DNA from: Vitrella brassicaformis CCMP3155
Taxonomy: Eukaryota > Protista > Chromerida
Length of the DNA: 12,066 bases
Reading direction: 5' to 3'
Assembly (NCBI GenBank): GCA_001179505.1
Contig: CDMY01000901.1
Coordinates: 1 to 12,066 of the forward strand
Position 1 is the first letter of the stretch. Each line of letters starts with the position of its first letter. The notes beneath the pieces were generated by a model, which saw only the letters and a list, made by a program, of their open reading frames with translations, was not told the DNA's origin and searched no databases. The position numbers and the translations under genes were made by a program. Positions 9,080 to 12,066 of the stretch are shown in pieces.

Positions 9080-9864
9080 AGCAGCACCGACGCCTATGCT
9101 CGCGTCTTGCCCTGGCGATGCCCCGATCATCGCCGCAGCTGTCTCGAGCTTGCGCACCCTCTCCATGGCATCGTCGAGGGTGACGTCGCTCTTGATGATT
9201 TTCTCGCTGATGGGCAGCTTGAAGGCCGTCGCACCACCTTGATGTAGGCGTGCTTGAGCGCTGTGGCCGTGAGCACCTCCTTCTGCGCATTGACCTTGCC
9301 GGCCAGGCGCTTGAACTCGCCGTTGTTGACCAGGGCCGACTTGGTGAGGTCCCAGATGAATGCGTCGAACTCATGTTGGGCTGAGAGCTCGGCGAAGACG
9401 GGGTTGGACTCCCTCTTAGCCTTGAGTCTCTTGAAGGCCAGCACACCGTCGAACTCGTCGTAGGTGTCCTTGACGCCTGCCTCGTATTGCTCGAGGATGT
9501 ACTTGGTGGAGCTGTCCTTGCAGGCGCAGACGAGCAATATGTGGAGCCGCTTGGCCGCTTGAATGGATGCCCTCAGCTTCTCCTGTTGCTTGTGAATTTG
9601 CTTGAGCTCCTCCTCCCTCTTCTCCTTGGTGTACTCGGCCGTGATGGGCTTGTCCTCGATCTCCTGCTCATGCGTCAGAAGCTCCTCGAGCTTCGTCTGC
9701 TGCACCGAGATAGGCACGTGCTTATCGAGCGCCGTGTCACGCAGAAGGGCAGATTCCTCGAACCCCAGCATGATGCGGAAGTACCGTACTCAATCAGGGT
9801 AGTCCTTCTCATCTCCGGAGAAGGGCGCTACGTCGCTGGTGCTGAGCTTGACGTAGTCGCTCAT
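8585..9864 (-). pseudogene. gag: Copia-type gag pseudogene, about 425 aa when repaired
   Basis: ATG at 9864: MSDYVKLSTSDVAPFSGDEKDYPD*VRYFRIMLG, with TGA at 9790-9792 where the W of the Copia FxGxxYxxW motif is expected. A helical body follows, then a 1-bp frameshift near 9237 (HAYIK to GATAFKLPISEKIIKSDVTLDDAMER), the CX2CX4HX4C knuckle CKYCLNDGHLHWDC at 8978-9019, and a basic tail. Codon usage is strongly GC3-biased. Confidence 0.82.
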
Positions 9865-10104
9865 GGTAATGGTAGATCTCGTGGTGGAGCTTGGTCAGGA
9901 GGCGAGGGGAGTCGGGCGGCGAGTGTGGGGGTCTGAGGGGTGAGCGAGGGAGGCTGAATGGATGACGGGGTGACGAAGATCTGGGCAGATCTTGGCTCAG
10001 CAGCGACACCCAGAACGTCTTGCTGCGCCCATGAGAGGAGATGAGTGTGGCTGTAGAGGATCGCTGTCGTTGCCCGTGAAGGCAACAGATGAGCCAGAGG
10101 GACG

Positions 10105-10350
10105 CTTCACGAGAAGGAGGCAGAGTTCGGAGTGCTCAGGGTTCTCGGCATGCATGCACATTACACGGGGAGGCTACCCCAACTCACACGCAGCCTCTGA
10201 CGAACAGCAAGCGCACAATCGATGACGTCCTTGCACTTACGGATGAGCACAAAGGAGTCAAAGAGCTAGTTCATAAGGTGGATGTTCAGAACCTGTTCCC
10301 CAATGAAACCAAAGGTGGATCTCACCGGCTCGAACTCGAGTGTTTGTCCT
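10105..10350 (+). pseudogene. Possible Penelope-like reverse transcriptase remnant
   Basis: LHEKEAEF (10105 frame), then after a frame change near 10198 TNSKRTIDDVLAL...QNLFP...LELE. This resembles the PLE pattern L..YEAEF ... RYIDDVLxL..IYP..LEL. It is short, and T replaces the Y of YxDD. Confidence 0.38.
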
Positions 10351-10629
10351 ACACCAGTGCCCGGCTGCTCGCTCGTGCATGTCCATGAGAGGGAGACTTT
10401 GGGTGCGTGCCTGTTGAATTCTTGGCTGTGCATGGTTTGCCTGCTCGCCTCGTCAGTCAAACAGCGTCAGTTCTCAGTGTAAAGATGCATACATGTAGGC
10501 TGTCTGCCCGTCCTAGACCTCTGTCGGCCCGTCGGCCGTGCTATGCGCGCTGTCTATTTTCGTGTATGTTGCGTGTATCTGTGGGTGAGACTCACGAGGC
10601 TGTATAGCTACCGAGATTTGAGTGAACAG

Positions 10630-12066
10630 CTGCCCCCCCTAAAATGTCCAGCCGGCTGGATGACCTTGAAGCTTCACAGATTGGCGAAATCAAGCCTGCT
10701 GCGATTGTGGTCCCCCCGCGTCGCAGCCTCTCGGAATCGCGTAAACTATCGGGCTTTCCCCCTTTCCCCTGCTGAGCTCGCAGGGCCTCCGGCCCTTTTT
10801 TCTCCTTAATATGACGGCTGCTCGGGCCACACCTGCCAGCATCATATCCAGCTCGAGCAGCTCTGCAGAATGAGTACAGAATCGACCCCAATCTCAGCCG
10901 ACTCAGCTCATCCGCCCCCGCCGTCTCAGGAGGGCGTCTCTGCAGTGCTGGGAGACGATGCCTCGCCCTTGCAGCCAGCCGCTGGTCCTGTGCGGTGTTG
11001 CCCATGCAACAAAGACCGGAACAGTACCACTGGATCGAGGTGCAAGAGGAAGGGGAAGAAGAGAAGGGCAAGAAGTGCACCAACTGCCATTCCTGTGACC
11101 TAGGCATACGTGAGAATCGAGAGCCCGAGGACAATACCTTCACCGCCGAGAAGTCGAACCTCCCCTCTACTCATCCTCGTGCCTTCCACTCGGATGAGTC
11201 TTCGCTACGAGGCGGATCCGCGGCGTATGTTCCTCCCAAGTGTGCCAGCTGCCACATCCGCCCGGCGTCCTCGAGCAAGGGCATCTGCTACGCCTGCCTC
11301 AGCAATGGTGCCGAGCCTCCCCACCGCCCGCCTCCCGGCATACCCCTCGCTCCCCCTGCTGGCCCTCCGACGTCTTCATTCGTCCAGGAGAGGATGCATG
11401 AGGCCTTCGGAGCCACCGATTTCAATCAACAGAGCAACCTCATGGACACCGACTGGCAGCGCTGGTACGCCCGCCTCGGCCCGCTGCGAGGGTGCCTTTG
11501 GGATCCGCCGGGTGCTTCGGGGAAGCGACTGGCCCGACTGCTTGCAACCGAGGGCCGTCGGTGGCGTGAGGAGCAGCTGCCGAGTGAGCGCGTCCTCATC
11601 TGCGCTTGCACGATTCTCTATCGGGCGCCAGATGTCACTGGCGAGGACATCGCCAAGACGGTGGAGCAGCGGATGGACCAATGGGAGAAGGGCGACTTCT
11701 AGCAGCTCGTACAGGAGGCTGAGCGCAACAACGCTCTCCTGGCCACCAGACCTGTCGGCAAGGACGACACCAACGGAGCCACTCTGCGCCAATTCCGTCG
11801 CCTGATCGACAAGGGCAAGGTCAGGCAGGCCGTTCGGCTCCTGACCGAGCGGGGAGGGGGAGGCGCGCTGGACCCCAACGACCTCGCTGAGGCCGACCCT
11901 ATGGGCCGCACCGTCCGGGAGGTCCTCGAGTCGAAGCACTCTACTCAGAGTGACCCTGACGCATCTTGCTTCCTCGACCGGCCCCTCCCTCTCCTCACCC
12001 AGGTCGAGATCACCGCCAACCACATCGAGCGAGCGGCACGGGCAACGAAGGGAGGCGCCGGCCCTG
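10630..12066 (+). mobile_element. 5' portion of a second CRE-like non-LTR retrotransposon, running off the window; 5' boundary approximate
   Basis: Contains the CRE pre-RT region listed in the next feature, preceded by a low-complexity leader. Confidence 0.75.
10870..12066 (+). pseudogene. CRE-like ORF N-terminus up to the start of the RT domain
   Basis: RCCPCN..RC (frameshift between about 11041 and 11076) KKCTNCHSC; CASC-x11-CYAC; LWDPPGASGKRLARLLATE..SERVL..IL..DI...VEQRMDQWEKGDF*(11700)QLV; GKVRQAVRLLTERGGGGALDP; VREVLESKH; ends at GGAGP. These blocks resemble the CRE-clade pre-RT region. Confidence 0.82.

Noticed and set aside
8475-9936. Plus-strand ORFs 8475-9242 and 9487-9936
   Set aside because: Antisense shadows of the GC3-rich gag.
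10015-10040. Primer-binding site (ctca-tgggcgcagc on the minus strand)
   Set aside because: It only partly resembles TGG-type or half-tRNA GGTTATGGGCCCAG sites, and no second LTR copy is visible in the window.
10062-10110. Hammerhead ribozyme (gtc, gttgcc/ggcaac hairpin, agatgag)
   Set aside because: CUGANGA is imperfect and there is no GAAA core.
10698-10745. HDV-like ribozyme
   Set aside because: A P1-like pairing (gcgatt/aatcgc) exists, but I could not build P3, P1.1 or P2.
4777-11702. Non-standard genetic code explaining the in-frame stops
   Set aside because: All three stop types occur together with frameshifts, and copy B shows CGA and CAA at two of the stop positions, which indicates mutation.
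11376-12023. 215-aa minus ORF
   Set aside because: Antisense shadow of the CRE ORF, which continues past the TAG at 11700 on the plus strand.

Overview
Repeat-dense, GC-rich eukaryotic DNA (organism not determinable) made almost entirely of decayed, nested retroelements; no intact host gene is supported. The main hidden structure is a plus-strand pseudogene with a divergent SET (PR-like) domain, split by two antisense, 5'-truncated non-LTR retrotransposons. The first is a CRE-like element with a restriction-like endonuclease (about 2840-4584, 9-bp TSD accagacac). The second is an RTE-X-like LINE (4987-6568, 8-bp TSD cgtacacg). Removing the second restores an uninterrupted 192-codon frame containing both halves of the SET domain. 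Downstream, a Copia-type gag pseudogene with a CCHC knuckle and no recognisable pol converges on it from the minus strand. An 889-bp duplication flanks a 300-N gap and is probably an unmerged assembly overlap, but its first 130 bp come from a diverged paralog or allele. A possible Penelope-like RT remnant and the 5' part of a second CRE-like element fill the end of the window. Family assignments come from motif recognition by eye and need HMM or BLAST confirmation.
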